DNA of 64,000 nucleotides from assembly GCA_963724765.1 (NCBI GenBank), contig CAVRVY010000004.1, forward strand, positions 1,088,001 through 1,152,000, written 5' to 3'. The notes below the pieces were generated by a model. The model had not been told where the DNA came from, did not search any database, and saw only the letters and a program-made list of their open reading frames with translations. A program made the position numbers and the translations under genes. Below are positions 40,022 through 49,099 of this stretch, in pieces. The DNA is from an uncultured delta proteobacterium. Lineage in GTDB: Bacteria > Desulfobacterota > Binatia > Binatales > Binataceae. The number at the start of each line of letters is the position of its first letter. Position 1 is the first letter of the stretch.

Positions 40022-41232
40022 GCCTCAAGATGCCGATTGATCAAGCCGCGATTCCGGAAAGCGGCCAGCGGGTCGAATCCCCTGCGCGCAACGATGCGTT
40101 CAGCTTCTGGAAGCTGCCCGAGCAGTGGCGCGAGGCCCTGGAGCCGGTCATCGGGCCGTCCGAGGCTACCGCAGAACGCTTCTTGTTCGAGCAGTACCTG
40201 CCAGAGGTCGATCGTCATCCGCCTTCCGCGATGCGCGCATACTACTGCGTCAAACGCCTCATTCCACAAGGCCTGCGCCATCGCCTCAACTCGGCGGCTG
40301 TCCGTGTGCGTACGCGACTGGAGTTTCCGCGCTGGCCGTGCGAGAGCGCGTTGGTTGAATTCTGGCGCGACTGGCTGAGGCAGGGCCTGGAAATCCACGG
40401 CGCAACGGACGGATGGCACATCGGCTTTTGGCCGGACAACGCAAAGTGCTGCATCGTGCTCACGCATGACGTGGAGACTCGGAAGGGCTTCGATCGGATG
40501 GAGATGATCGCGGAACTCGAAGAACGACACGGCTTTCGTTCGGCCTGGAACCTGCCGCTTGCGCAATACCCGATCGATTGGCAACGCGTGGAGCGGCTGC
40601 GCTCGCGCGGCTTCGAATTCGGCGCGCACGGCCTGTGCCATGACGGCCGTCTGTTCCGCAGCCATCGCGATTTTGCCGAGCTCGCGCCGATCCTCGAGCG
40701 GCTCGCCGCCGAACACGATCTCCGCGGCTTCCGTTCCCCCTCGACGCTGCGCGATCCGAGAGCGATCGCCACCATGGCCTTCGACTTTGATTCCAGTTTC
40801 GCCGACACCGATCCCTACGAACCGCAACCCGGCGGAACCTGCAGCCTGTTCCCGTTTCATCTCTCGCGCCTGGTCGAATTGCCCTACACGCTGCCGCAGG
40901 ACCATACCATGATTCATCTGCTCCGCCGAAGCCCGCTGCCGGTGTGGACGATGAAGGCAAAATGGATTGCCTCGCTGGGCGGGATGATTCTTACCCTCAC
41001 GCATCCCGACTATTGCGGCGATGGCGTTTATCTCGCGGCCTACGAGGAACTGCTCAAGCGGCTTGGCGAGATCGATACGGCGTGGCGCGCGTTGCCCGCC
41101 GAGGTCGCCGGATGGTGGAGGCAGCGCGCACAGCTACGGCTCCAGGTCGACAACGGCCGGCCGAGCATAACCGGTCTGGGAGCAGCGCGTGCGACCGCGC
41201 GGCGGCTCAGCGAAGAACCCCTGGCGAATTAG
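40012..41232 (+). CDS. Polysaccharide deacetylase-like (CE4) protein
   Basis: VLTHDVE, GAHGLCHDG, GFRSPS, ELPYTLPQD and LTHPDY. Confidence 0.82.
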   Translation: MALSLKMPIDQAAIPESGQRVESPARNDAFSFWKLPEQWREALEPVIGPSEATAERFLFEQYLPEVDRHPPSAMRAYYCVKRLIPQGLRHRLNSAAVRVRTRLEFPRWPCESALVEFWRDWLRQGLEIHGATDGWHIGFWPDNAKCCIVLTHDVETRKGFDRMEMIAELEERHGFRSAWNLPLAQYPIDWQRVERLRSRGFEFGAHGLCHDGRLFRSHRDFAELAPILERLAAEHDLRGFRSPSTLRDPRAIATMAFDFDSSFADTDPYEPQPGGTCSLFPFHLSRLVELPYTLPQDHTMIHLLRRSPLPVWTMKAKWIASLGGMILTLTHPDYCGDGVYLAAYEELLKRLGEIDTAWRALPAEVAGWWRQRAQLRLQVDNGRPSITGLGAARATARRLSEEPLAN

Positions 41233-41241
41233 GAGCGCGCT

Positions 41242-42444
41242 GTGGCCCGTGTCCTGCTCATAGCCTATACCACTTACGTCCACGACGGACGCGTCAAGCG
41301 CCACGCCGAGGCGCTGGCCGAACGCGGCGATCATGTCGACGTAATCTGTCTCGATAGTGGCCACAACGGTGTGCTCGACGGCGTCAACGTAATCGGTCTC
41401 CAGATGCCGCGTTACCGGGGCGCCAGCCGCTCCAGCTACGTGCGCAGCTACCTGCGGTTTTTCGGAAAAGCGTCGTGGGCCGCGCTGCGGCTGAGCCTCG
41501 TCGCGCGCTACGACATCGTAATCGTTTGCACGATGCCCGACGCGGCGGTGCTATGCGCGCTTCCGGCCAAGCTGCTCGGCAGCAGGGTCGTGCTCGACAT
41601 CCATGACACGATGCCGGAGCTGTATCTGGACAAGTTTGGCGGCCGGCGCGGCGCCATCGGCGCCCGCCTGCTGATGCTGGAGGAGCGCACGAGCGCAGGC
41701 TGCGCCGACCGGGTGCTGGCGGTGCACGCGCTTCATCGCGACCGGTTGATAGAGGCGGGAGTTCCGGCGCACAAGATCAGAACGGTGATGAACGCTCCCG
41801 ACCCGGCGCTCTTCAGCCCGAGGCCGGATCGGCAAGAGCGCGCCGATGGCATCTTCATCGTGGCTTGTCACGGCACGCTGACGCGCCGACTAGGGCTGGA
41901 TATCGCGATCGAAGCGATCGCCCTGCTCCATCCGCGAATACCCGGTCTGCGCATGATGGTGATCGGGACGGGCGACTATCTCGAGACGGCCAGGCAACTC
42001 GTTACCCTCAAGCAGCTTGACGGATGCATAAGCTTTATCGATCAAGTTCCCGTCCAGGAGTTGCCACGGCTGCTTGCTGAGGCCGACGTCGGGCTGGTGC
42101 CAAACCGCGCGAGCAACGCGACCCATCTTATGCTTCCGGTCAAGCTGCTCGATTATGCGGCGCTGGGCATCCCGACGATCGCGGCCCGCCTGCGCACGAT
42201 CGAGCACTACTTCGGCGAGCGTGCCGTGAGGTTTGTCGAACCAGGTGATGTCGTCGGGTTGGCGGCGGCAATCGAGGAGCTCTACCGCGACCGGGCGCGC
42301 CGCGCCGAACTGGCGTCCAATGCCCGCCGGGCGGTGGAACGTATCGGTTGGCCGGCCCAACGGGCGGAATACTACCGCGCCATAGACTCGCTGTTCGAAA
42401 AGCCGCCGTCGGCGGCGCACTACGGTCCGGAACGGGCAGCGTGA
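41242..42444 (+). CDS. GT4 glycosyltransferase
   Basis: DGRVKRHAEAL, LDIHD, HGTLTRRLG and PVKLLDY. Confidence 0.9.
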   Translation: MARVLLIAYTTYVHDGRVKRHAEALAERGDHVDVICLDSGHNGVLDGVNVIGLQMPRYRGASRSSYVRSYLRFFGKASWAALRLSLVARYDIVIVCTMPDAAVLCALPAKLLGSRVVLDIHDTMPELYLDKFGGRRGAIGARLLMLEERTSAGCADRVLAVHALHRDRLIEAGVPAHKIRTVMNAPDPALFSPRPDRQERADGIFIVACHGTLTRRLGLDIAIEAIALLHPRIPGLRMMVIGTGDYLETARQLVTLKQLDGCISFIDQVPVQELPRLLAEADVGLVPNRASNATHLMLPVKLLDYAALGIPTIAARLRTIEHYFGERAVRFVEPGDVVGLAAAIEELYRDRARRAELASNARRAVERIGWPAQRAEYYRAIDSLFEKPPSAAHYGPERAA

Positions 42445-42448
42445 GACA

Positions 42449-43279
42449 ATGCGAAAACGATTGAGGAGGAAACCAGTGGAGCAAGGGGAGACACTGATTG
42501 TTGGCTTGGGCGAAGTCGGCGCGGCGCTGGCGGAAGTCATCGAGCGCCGAGGGCCGGTGCTGCGTCACGACATCGAGCCGCGCGAATTCGACGCGCCGAT
42601 CGGCGTGATGCATGTCTGCATTCCATTTCAATCGAGCGCGCAGTTCGAGGACGCAGTGTGCCAGTACGTCGAGCGCTTCGATCCCGCGCTGACGATCGTC
42701 AACAGCACGGTAATTCCAGGAACCACGAGCGCGCTCGCGCGGCGCACCGGTAAACCCGTCGCGTACAGTCCCGTGCGCGGCAAACACGTGCGGATGGCGC
42801 AGGACATGTTGCGCTACGTCAAGTACGTGGCGGCGGCTGAAGAAGAAGTCGCCGTGCGAGCCCAACGTCATTTCGAGAACGCCGGAATCAAGACCCGGCG
42901 AATGAAACGGCCGGAAACGCTGGAACTGGCCAAGCTTGCGGAGACGACCTATTTCGGCGTGCAGATTGCGTTCGCCCAGGATCTCGATCGTTACGCCCGC
43001 CGCGTTGGTGCCGACTACGAGGAGGCCATCAACTTTTTCGAGGAGGTCGACTTCCTGCCTCGGACCCGCTACTTCCCCGGGGTAATCGGCGGCCATTGCG
43101 TTATCCCCAACATCCAACTGCTGCGCAAGGTTGCCGACTCGCCCCTGCTCAACGCAGTGCTGGAGTCGAATTCGCTGCGCACCAGCGAGCTGGAACCGTC
43201 CAAAAACGAAGTGCGCCGGCGCAAATCAGCGAGACGCGAGTCTCACAAACGCGATGGCGACGTGCTTTCTCATCGATAG
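42449..43279 (+). CDS. Short UDP-glucose/GDP-mannose dehydrogenase-like protein (no C-terminal UDP-binding domain)
   Basis: IVGLGEVG, STVIPGTT, YSPVRG, ELAKLAET and PGVIGGHC with the catalytic Cys. Confidence 0.78.
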   Translation: MRKRLRRKPVEQGETLIVGLGEVGAALAEVIERRGPVLRHDIEPREFDAPIGVMHVCIPFQSSAQFEDAVCQYVERFDPALTIVNSTVIPGTTSALARRTGKPVAYSPVRGKHVRMAQDMLRYVKYVAAAEEEVAVRAQRHFENAGIKTRRMKRPETLELAKLAETTYFGVQIAFAQDLDRYARRVGADYEEAINFFEEVDFLPRTRYFPGVIGGHCVIPNIQLLRKVADSPLLNAVLESNSLRTSELEPSKNEVRRRKSARRESHKRDGDVLSHR

Positions 43280-43458
43280 CGTAGCGGCGAGCGCCGGCTG
43301 CACGGCGGCCCGTTTGCGCGGCTGCGCGGCGCCCGAATCGTGCACTACCAGTTTCGCAGACTAGCGCTCGCGCATCCCGATGGAGGAGATTTCAGCCGCG
43401 ATTCGCGGGGTGCGCGGACGACCGACGCGCTGGACGCTCGTCCAACGTCGCCCATGCT

Positions 43459-44316
43459 TCAGGACACGGAGGATTGCGAAGCAACAGCCTCGCCATTTTC
43501 GAGCTTCCGCCGGTCGGAGGCAAAAAGCGAACGCCATCGGCGGCCGCGCTTCGAGAGGCTCTCGAAAAGCGCCTGCGCTGTTCGTCCGACCCACGGTATG
43601 CCAGCACAGAGGTAAGTATGCTCTTTAATGAGCTGTCCTCCGAATGACATTTTGAACTGGGTTATCCCGTTGGTCTTGTCCTCCTGGATCCCACCAAGAT
43701 CGTAGTTGTTAAACCCTTGTTCTCGATAGGCACATATCTCATGCCAATGGAGGAATCGATTTATGTTACCGCATAGGCGCGAGGTCTCGCGATCATCGAA
43801 ACGCCGGCTGGCAGAATACAGAAGCCGCGCGCGGCCAATCTCGCCGTCGCGCAGCAGGACGTGTCCACACACGGGCTTTTCATCCAGGTATGCCATGAAC
43901 GTGTCGGCGTATCCCTCGTATCGGCTGAGCGCGCTTTCATCGATCGCCAAAAGCTCCGGCTTCGAGCGGGCGAGATCGTAATAAAGTGCTAGAAATTCCG
44001 CGGCCATCTCGGTACCGTCGCGGCGGATCCTGACCCGATTGCCCAGTTTTTCGGCCTGTCGAACCTCATAGCGAGTGTTCTTGGCGACCCCTTTCGAGAT
44101 TGTATCCAGTGAAGCAGTCAGATCTATGCATATCGTCGCGCTTCTATAGTGCCCGACCACACGATTTGCGATCGGAAGCTCGGTCGCGGTCCAGAATAAC
44201 CTGGCTATTTGAGTCGGCTTTGAGTGCTCGGTCAGCTCGGTAAGCGCCCCCTCGGTGGGAAAAAACACCGCCTTGTATGGCAAGAGGCCTACCAGCTTGC
44301 GATCTATCGTGATCAT
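43459..44316 (-). CDS. FemAB/GNAT-fold acyl/aminoacyl transferase-like protein
   Basis: IDLT...KNTRYEVRQAEK, LHWHEI and YDLGGI...GITQFKMSFGG. Confidence 0.75.
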   Translation of the reverse strand: MITIDRKLVGLLPYKAVFFPTEGALTELTEHSKPTQIARLFWTATELPIANRVVGHYRSATICIDLTASLDTISKGVAKNTRYEVRQAEKLGNRVRIRRDGTEMAAEFLALYYDLARSKPELLAIDESALSRYEGYADTFMAYLDEKPVCGHVLLRDGEIGRARLLYSASRRFDDRETSRLCGNINRFLHWHEICAYREQGFNNYDLGGIQEDKTNGITQFKMSFGGQLIKEHTYLCAGIPWVGRTAQALFESLSKRGRRWRSLFASDRRKLENGEAVASQSSVS

Positions 44317-44531
44317 TTAGTTCTGTCCTCGATCGTGCTCAATGCGCTTGCGCCACGTCAACGCGGCAGCATTAACGGCGATATAAATCGCTTCTCATAA
44401 GGTCCTGGGGTGAATGTCGCGGGGTGGGCGGGGAAGGGGACCCGGGTCGAGCATTTCTTTAGCCAAGGCAGCTCCTTGACGCAGCTCGCCAAGCACACTT
44501 TGCCAAGAGCCGATCATTGCCCATAAAGTTG

Positions 44532-44547
44532 AGCAATCCTGGTGCCA
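44532..44547 (-). promoter_or_regulatory. Near-consensus sigma54 -24/-12 promoter
   Basis: Minus strand TGGCACCAGGATTGCT, ~215 bp upstream of the FemAB-like gene. Confidence 0.75.
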
Positions 44548-44842
44548 GCGGACGTTGCGGCAAAAACCTAAGCACTCAAGCGGAGTTTGGGCCGCTTTGC
44601 TGATTTCGCAGTAGTAAGCGTTCGGTAAAATGGTCCCTGGCACCGAAACAGTTGCTATGACCGCCTGGCAATTGTCGCCTGGTCTAATTTAACCTCAGGC
44701 CTGAAAAGGCGGCGCTCCAGGGCTGGGTAACAGGGGTGATTCCTGTAACCGCTACATTCGAGAGTCGCCGCCCTTGATAGTTTCGGCGCAACGCACGCTC
44801 GAACCGCACCGCACGGAATCATCCGGTGCGAATGGGGGGCCT

Positions 44843-45565
44843 CTACGAGGCGGCCGAACCAGGAGTCTGTTCGAGCCGATGCAGCGGTTTGCTACCGGAG
44901 AGCACTGCGAATATCAAGTTGCGGTAAGAGCAAGCGACCTCGACGAATCCGGCTTCGCGCATCCACGCGAGCTGCTGGCCGACGCTCGCAGGCAAGTCCT
45001 GTTTCATTCGCTCGAGCGCGGAGGTCAGGTCGCGCTCGCCGGCCTTCAACTCACGGGCGCGCTTGATCCACATGTCGCGCGCGCGGCGGTCGATAGCCGC
45101 GGTCTCGCCCGCGACCTGGTCCGCATTGATGAAGACGCCGCCGGGCGTCAGGTACTTGAAGATATCGGCGAAAAGATGGCGCTTGCCGATGTCGGGTAGA
45201 TGATTGACCGCCAGGGCTGACACGACCGCGTCGTAGGACTTAGACGGGGCGGCCGCGGCGAAATCGGCGGTCACGAATCGCACGCGCTTGCCGAGCCGCT
45301 TCAAACGCTGGCGCGCAACCATCAGCATCTCAGGCGTGAGGTCGAACAACGTGAGCCGCGCCTTCGGGAACGCTTCCGCGATCATCGCGGATAAGAGGCC
45401 GGTACCGGCGCCCAAGTCGAGCACCTCGAAGCGAGCGTCGGGCGCGAATGGCAACAACTCGAGCGCCGCGCGATAGAAATCATCGAAGCATGGAACCAGC
45501 TTACGACGCGCACGATCATACGTGTCGGCGCTGGCCGCGAACGCCTTGCGAACCGCCTGGGCCAT
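44843..45565 (-). CDS. Class I SAM-dependent methyltransferase
   Basis: VLDLGAGTG, YDAVVSALA and LTPGGVFINAD. Confidence 0.9.
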   Translation of the reverse strand: MAQAVRKAFAASADTYDRARRKLVPCFDDFYRAALELLPFAPDARFEVLDLGAGTGLLSAMIAEAFPKARLTLFDLTPEMLMVARQRLKRLGKRVRFVTADFAAAAPSKSYDAVVSALAVNHLPDIGKRHLFADIFKYLTPGGVFINADQVAGETAAIDRRARDMWIKRARELKAGERDLTSALERMKQDLPASVGQQLAWMREAGFVEVACSYRNLIFAVLSGSKPLHRLEQTPGSAAS

Positions 45566-45759
45566 CCTGAGAAGCCTACCGATTGATCTTGCCTTGAGCG
45601 AGCCCTGGCTATCGGCATCTTGGCTACCCCGCGAAACTGATTGGAGCAAACAACTCTGGAAGGCGCATGCCCGCCATCCACCAATCGTGTCCTGCTCTAA
45701 GGTCCATTACTCAGCTCGTTGATCTGGCGGTTCAGATAGCCTCCGATGCCGGGCCTGAC

Positions 45760-46056
45760 TTACTCCAAGGATGCACAACTTGGTCGGCAGTCGAGCGTCT
45801 GGGTCATGTGGCAGGTATTCTGGCATTGTACCGTACATGCCGCGACGCCTTCGTCGTACTCATCGCCACTCAGGTTAAGACCGGTAATAGTACTCTGACA
45901 GGATGGTTCGCACTTGCAACTGCTACTGGTGAAGGTTTTGTTTAAGCAACTTCTTACACATACCGCAAATGGATGCATTGTCGGATTTGAAAATGTAAAT
46001 CCCGGAAGAACCGCCATCAGGTAGATTCCTGCTACCAAACTCAATAGCCGCTTCAT
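45760..46056 (-). CDS. Small secreted 10-Cys protein with CX3C motifs
   Basis: Strong RBS GGGAGGAG, Sec-type signal MKRLLSLVAGIYLMAVL..., and 10 Cys in the mature part. Confidence 0.7.
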   Translation of the reverse strand: MKRLLSLVAGIYLMAVLPGFTFSNPTMHPFAVCVRSCLNKTFTSSSCKCEPSCQSTITGLNLSGDEYDEGVAACTVQCQNTCHMTQTLDCRPSCASLE

Positions 46057-46118
46057 ATACTCTCCTCCCGCTCGCGATCTATGTCTCTAATAACCGCGCC
46101 GCCAGTTGATTGTCGATA

Positions 46119-48575
46119 TTAGTTACTCACGTTTACTGGCACCGATACAGTCGCGAGAACCGCGTTGCTGGTGGAAAATGCTTCGATCACCAACGTATGC
46201 GAGCCATTGGATACGGTGGTGGTATCAAAGCTGATATTGCAACTGCCGCCTGACGGCGAGCATACATTACCGTCGCCGGTCCCATCTGGGTAATTCTTGG
46301 CCCACGACACGCTCGACGACACCTGGGTTTGAATCGTGATCGTGCCGCTGATCGTCGCACCGCTGAGCGGCGACAAGACCGTAAGCGCCGTGGTCCCGAC
46401 CGGAGTTGGAGTGGCGGTTGGCGTCGGCGCCGGGGTTGGCGTCTTGGCCGGCGTTGGCGTAACAACCGGAGTCGCAGTAACGGTTGGCGTCGGCGCCGGG
46501 GTTGGCGTCTTGGCCGGCGTTGGCGTAACAACCGGAGTCGCAGTAACGGTTGGCGTCGGCGCCGGGGTTGGCGTCTTGGCCGGCGTTGGCGTAACAACCG
46601 GAGTCGCAGTAACGGTTGGCGTCGGCGTAGAGCCATTGCTCACGGTCACTGCCACGGACACAGTAGCGAGAACCGCGTTGCTGGTGGAAAAGGCTTTGAT
46701 CACCAACGTATGCGAGCCATTGGACACGGTGGTGGTATCAAAGCTGATATTGCAGCTGCCGCCTGACGGCCCGCATATATTCCCGTTGCCGGTGCCATCT
46801 GGATAATTTTTGGCCCACGACACGCTCGACGAGACCTTGGTTTGAATCGTGATCGTGCCACTGATGGTCGCGCCGTTGAGCGGCGACAAGACCGTAAGCG
46901 CCGTGGTCCCGACCGGAGTTGGAGTGGCGGTTGGCGTCGGCGCAGGGGTTGGCGTCTTGACCGGCGTTGGAGTAACGACCGGAGTCGGAGTAACGGTTGG
47001 CGCCCCAACCGGGGTTGGCGTGGGAGTCGCGCTCCTCGTGGACGTTGGGGACGCACTTGGTGTGGGGGTGGCTGTAGTGGTCGGAGTAGGAGTGGCCGAT
47101 CCGGAGACAAATTCATTCAGCACGTTAGCGGTGATTTGCTCAGCAGCAGAGTTGACCAACGATGGAGAAGGGCTATAGGGGCTTACAGCGGACAGGCCAT
47201 AGGTCCAATCCATGCTTCCGGTGGAAAATACCCATGCTCCACTGCTGGCCTGATACAGGCTCATGTTTGCAATCTGAGTTCCCTCATCTTGAAAAGGAGA
47301 GCTCGTCAGTGTAACTGTTCCCGTGGGCGAGCCCGCGTCTACGGCATCTACTTCGTAACCCAAGAGACCCGGCAAGCTATCACCACTTTGCAATCCGGAA
47401 TTATTGAACACCCAGCTCGAGGTATCGCCGATTGCTATCGATGCACTAACTGGTTCGTAATCAATATACATCTGTCCGATCATGGCGTCTTCCGGCGTAG
47501 CAGGATAAGACCCGTGTGGCAGGCGCCACTCGGTCGTAATCAGGTAATTGGTCGACGAATTGGCAGCGTCAGGATCCTGCGATGCGGCTTCTTTATAAGC
47601 TACTATTGTGCGATTTGCGGCACCCGTCAGCGTGCTGGATTGGTAGCGAATCTGCCAAAAACATTCGTTCGCAGAAAAAAAGCCCAGGTTCACTCCAGCA
47701 TCGCGCGCAGCGGTGACGTTGTTGCGCATTTCCCAAGACCAATATTCGTCATGACCTACGATTAGAAACCCTTTATGCTGGAGAATCAGCGCGGGGCTGG
47801 TGTGGGTATCCACATCCGTGGTGTAGGTCACGTTGTAACCCTGCTGTTCCAGAAAGGCCAGCATATTGAATTCCCAACTAAAAAAATCTCCCGTGCCACG
47901 ATTAATCGCAGCATATGGCCTGTTGTAGGAAACCATGACAGCGGGATAAGCACTTGACGACGCGCCCTCAGTATTAAGAGTGGGAGCTGACGAACTGTTG
48001 AAAGCGTAAAGGGATTTACCACCCCAATCGTTGTAAGCCTGATAAGTGTTTGTACTTTGTTGAAACAGCAGATCGGAGGTGCTGGAATCATTTCTGACTA
48101 CGAATATGATATATGACTGCAAACCCGAGGTGGTTCCCGTCAGCTTAGCCAGGTAGATTCCGCTCGTCCAGTTACTTCCTGTGGTGAGAACGTAGGGGTT
48201 GATCCAATTGCACTCTAAGAACCCAGTGGTGGGATCAGGAGTCGGAATCGTTTGATTCGTGCCGGCGACGGTAACGGGCCCGAACATCAGCCGGGCACCG
48301 AGCCCTTGGTAGTAACCCATCCGGTAAACCGAGATTTGATATTGTGGGTCGGTGGTCGTAACAAAAAGCGAAATCTGCCCGCCTTGATTCACGCTTGTAA
48401 GATTGGCGTAACCAGCGATTGTATTGTCGGATGCAGGATTGGTAAGCAACCAGTTGGGTGTGCCTGGATTCGCGTTTTCTATCTGAATCGGGTTCTGCGA
48501 CGAGGCGATGATCAGGCGCAACAACATCAGTGCAAATATTGCAGTCGCCACAGAGACAATTAGAAATTTTTTCAT
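46119..48575 (-). CDS. Secreted N,N-dimethylformamidase-beta-like (DUF6605) domain plus Pro/Thr linkers plus two Ig-like domains
   Basis: IQIENANPGT, YRMGYYQG, TYQAYNDWGGKSLY, VSYNRPY, GHDEYWS and LLGYEVD motifs. Duplicated VLSPL..ATISGTI...DTTTVSNGSHTL modules. Confidence 0.85.
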   Translation of the reverse strand: MKKFLIVSVATAIFALMLLRLIIASSQNPIQIENANPGTPNWLLTNPASDNTIAGYANLTSVNQGGQISLFVTTTDPQYQISVYRMGYYQGLGARLMFGPVTVAGTNQTIPTPDPTTGFLECNWINPYVLTTGSNWTSGIYLAKLTGTTSGLQSYIIFVVRNDSSTSDLLFQQSTNTYQAYNDWGGKSLYAFNSSSAPTLNTEGASSSAYPAVMVSYNRPYAAINRGTGDFFSWEFNMLAFLEQQGYNVTYTTDVDTHTSPALILQHKGFLIVGHDEYWSWEMRNNVTAARDAGVNLGFFSANECFWQIRYQSSTLTGAANRTIVAYKEAASQDPDAANSSTNYLITTEWRLPHGSYPATPEDAMIGQMYIDYEPVSASIAIGDTSSWVFNNSGLQSGDSLPGLLGYEVDAVDAGSPTGTVTLTSSPFQDEGTQIANMSLYQASSGAWVFSTGSMDWTYGLSAVSPYSPSPSLVNSAAEQITANVLNEFVSGSATPTPTTTATPTPSASPTSTRSATPTPTPVGAPTVTPTPVVTPTPVKTPTPAPTPTATPTPVGTTALTVLSPLNGATISGTITIQTKVSSSVSWAKNYPDGTGNGNICGPSGGSCNISFDTTTVSNGSHTLVIKAFSTSNAVLATVSVAVTVSNGSTPTPTVTATPVVTPTPAKTPTPAPTPTVTATPVVTPTPAKTPTPAPTPTVTATPVVTPTPAKTPTPAPTPTATPTPVGTTALTVLSPLSGATISGTITIQTQVSSSVSWAKNYPDGTGDGNVCSPSGGSCNISFDTTTVSNGSHTLVIEAFSTSNAVLATVSVPVNVSN
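46415..46627. repeat. 66-bp perfect tandem repeat (~3.2 copies) encoding the Pro/Thr linker
   Basis: GTCTTGGCCGGCGTT recurs at 46441, 46507 and 46573. The unit is 22 aa. Confidence 0.92.
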
Positions 48576-48738
48576 CAAAAATCCCCCGCGTCGGACGGCT
48601 GCCGACTCAACAGATTGGGGTCGGTCAGGACGTTCGGTGTTAAAAATCGACCTCGGCTCGACGAGTCCAGAGTAAAACTTGCAAGTCCGGGTATAGCGAA
48701 ACTTGGAAGGTTGCAACTCTTGGTAAGTTACTTGCCCG

Positions 48739-48754
48739 AGCAATAACCGTTCCT
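48739..48754 (-). promoter_or_regulatory. Weaker candidate sigma54 promoter for the DUF6605 gene
   Basis: Minus strand AGGAACGGTTATTGCT (GG-N10-GC). Confidence 0.4.
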
Positions 48755-49099
48755 TGTTGCGTAGGGAAGAAGTAAGCGGCAGTGTGGCACTTTCAAGAAG
48801 AATCAGATGCTGTTCGGTTAGTTAAAGTTACTATGGTGGAACGAATTGCATGTAGAATTTCCCTTCTGTAAGAGCCTCGGGCGTTTTGGAGAATTTACCT
48901 GTCTTGGGCATGTGAACGCGGCAGATGCGGTGTCTCGGACGCGAAACAGCAGCAAGCCGAGCATCGAGCGCGTAACGCCCGGTCCATCCTGAGGAACCTC
49001 GCGCATTGACCGTTTCTTGAGCGCGTCGTGGGCCCGTGATTTGACACTGGCGAAGATGAAGTGAAAGTCTGTTGGCAACCCAGCCAACGCGGAGGCAGC

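Noticed and set aside
44704-44775. Possible tRNA (GC-rich acceptor-like stem, ~70 nt)
   Set aside because: There is no cloverleaf, no proper T-arm and no anticodon arm. It is kept only as a hairpin.
45760-46056. RiPP (ranthipeptide/lanthipeptide) precursor
   Set aside because: It has a Sec-type signal rather than a leader, and no radical SAM, LanM, YcaO or peptidase-transporter gene occurs in the window.
46187-47765. Arg-rich and Val/Gly-rich ORFs and a regular repeat that might be a CRISPR array
   Set aside because: These are alternative frames of the Pro/Thr linker. The repeats are contiguous with no unique spacers, and there are no cas genes.
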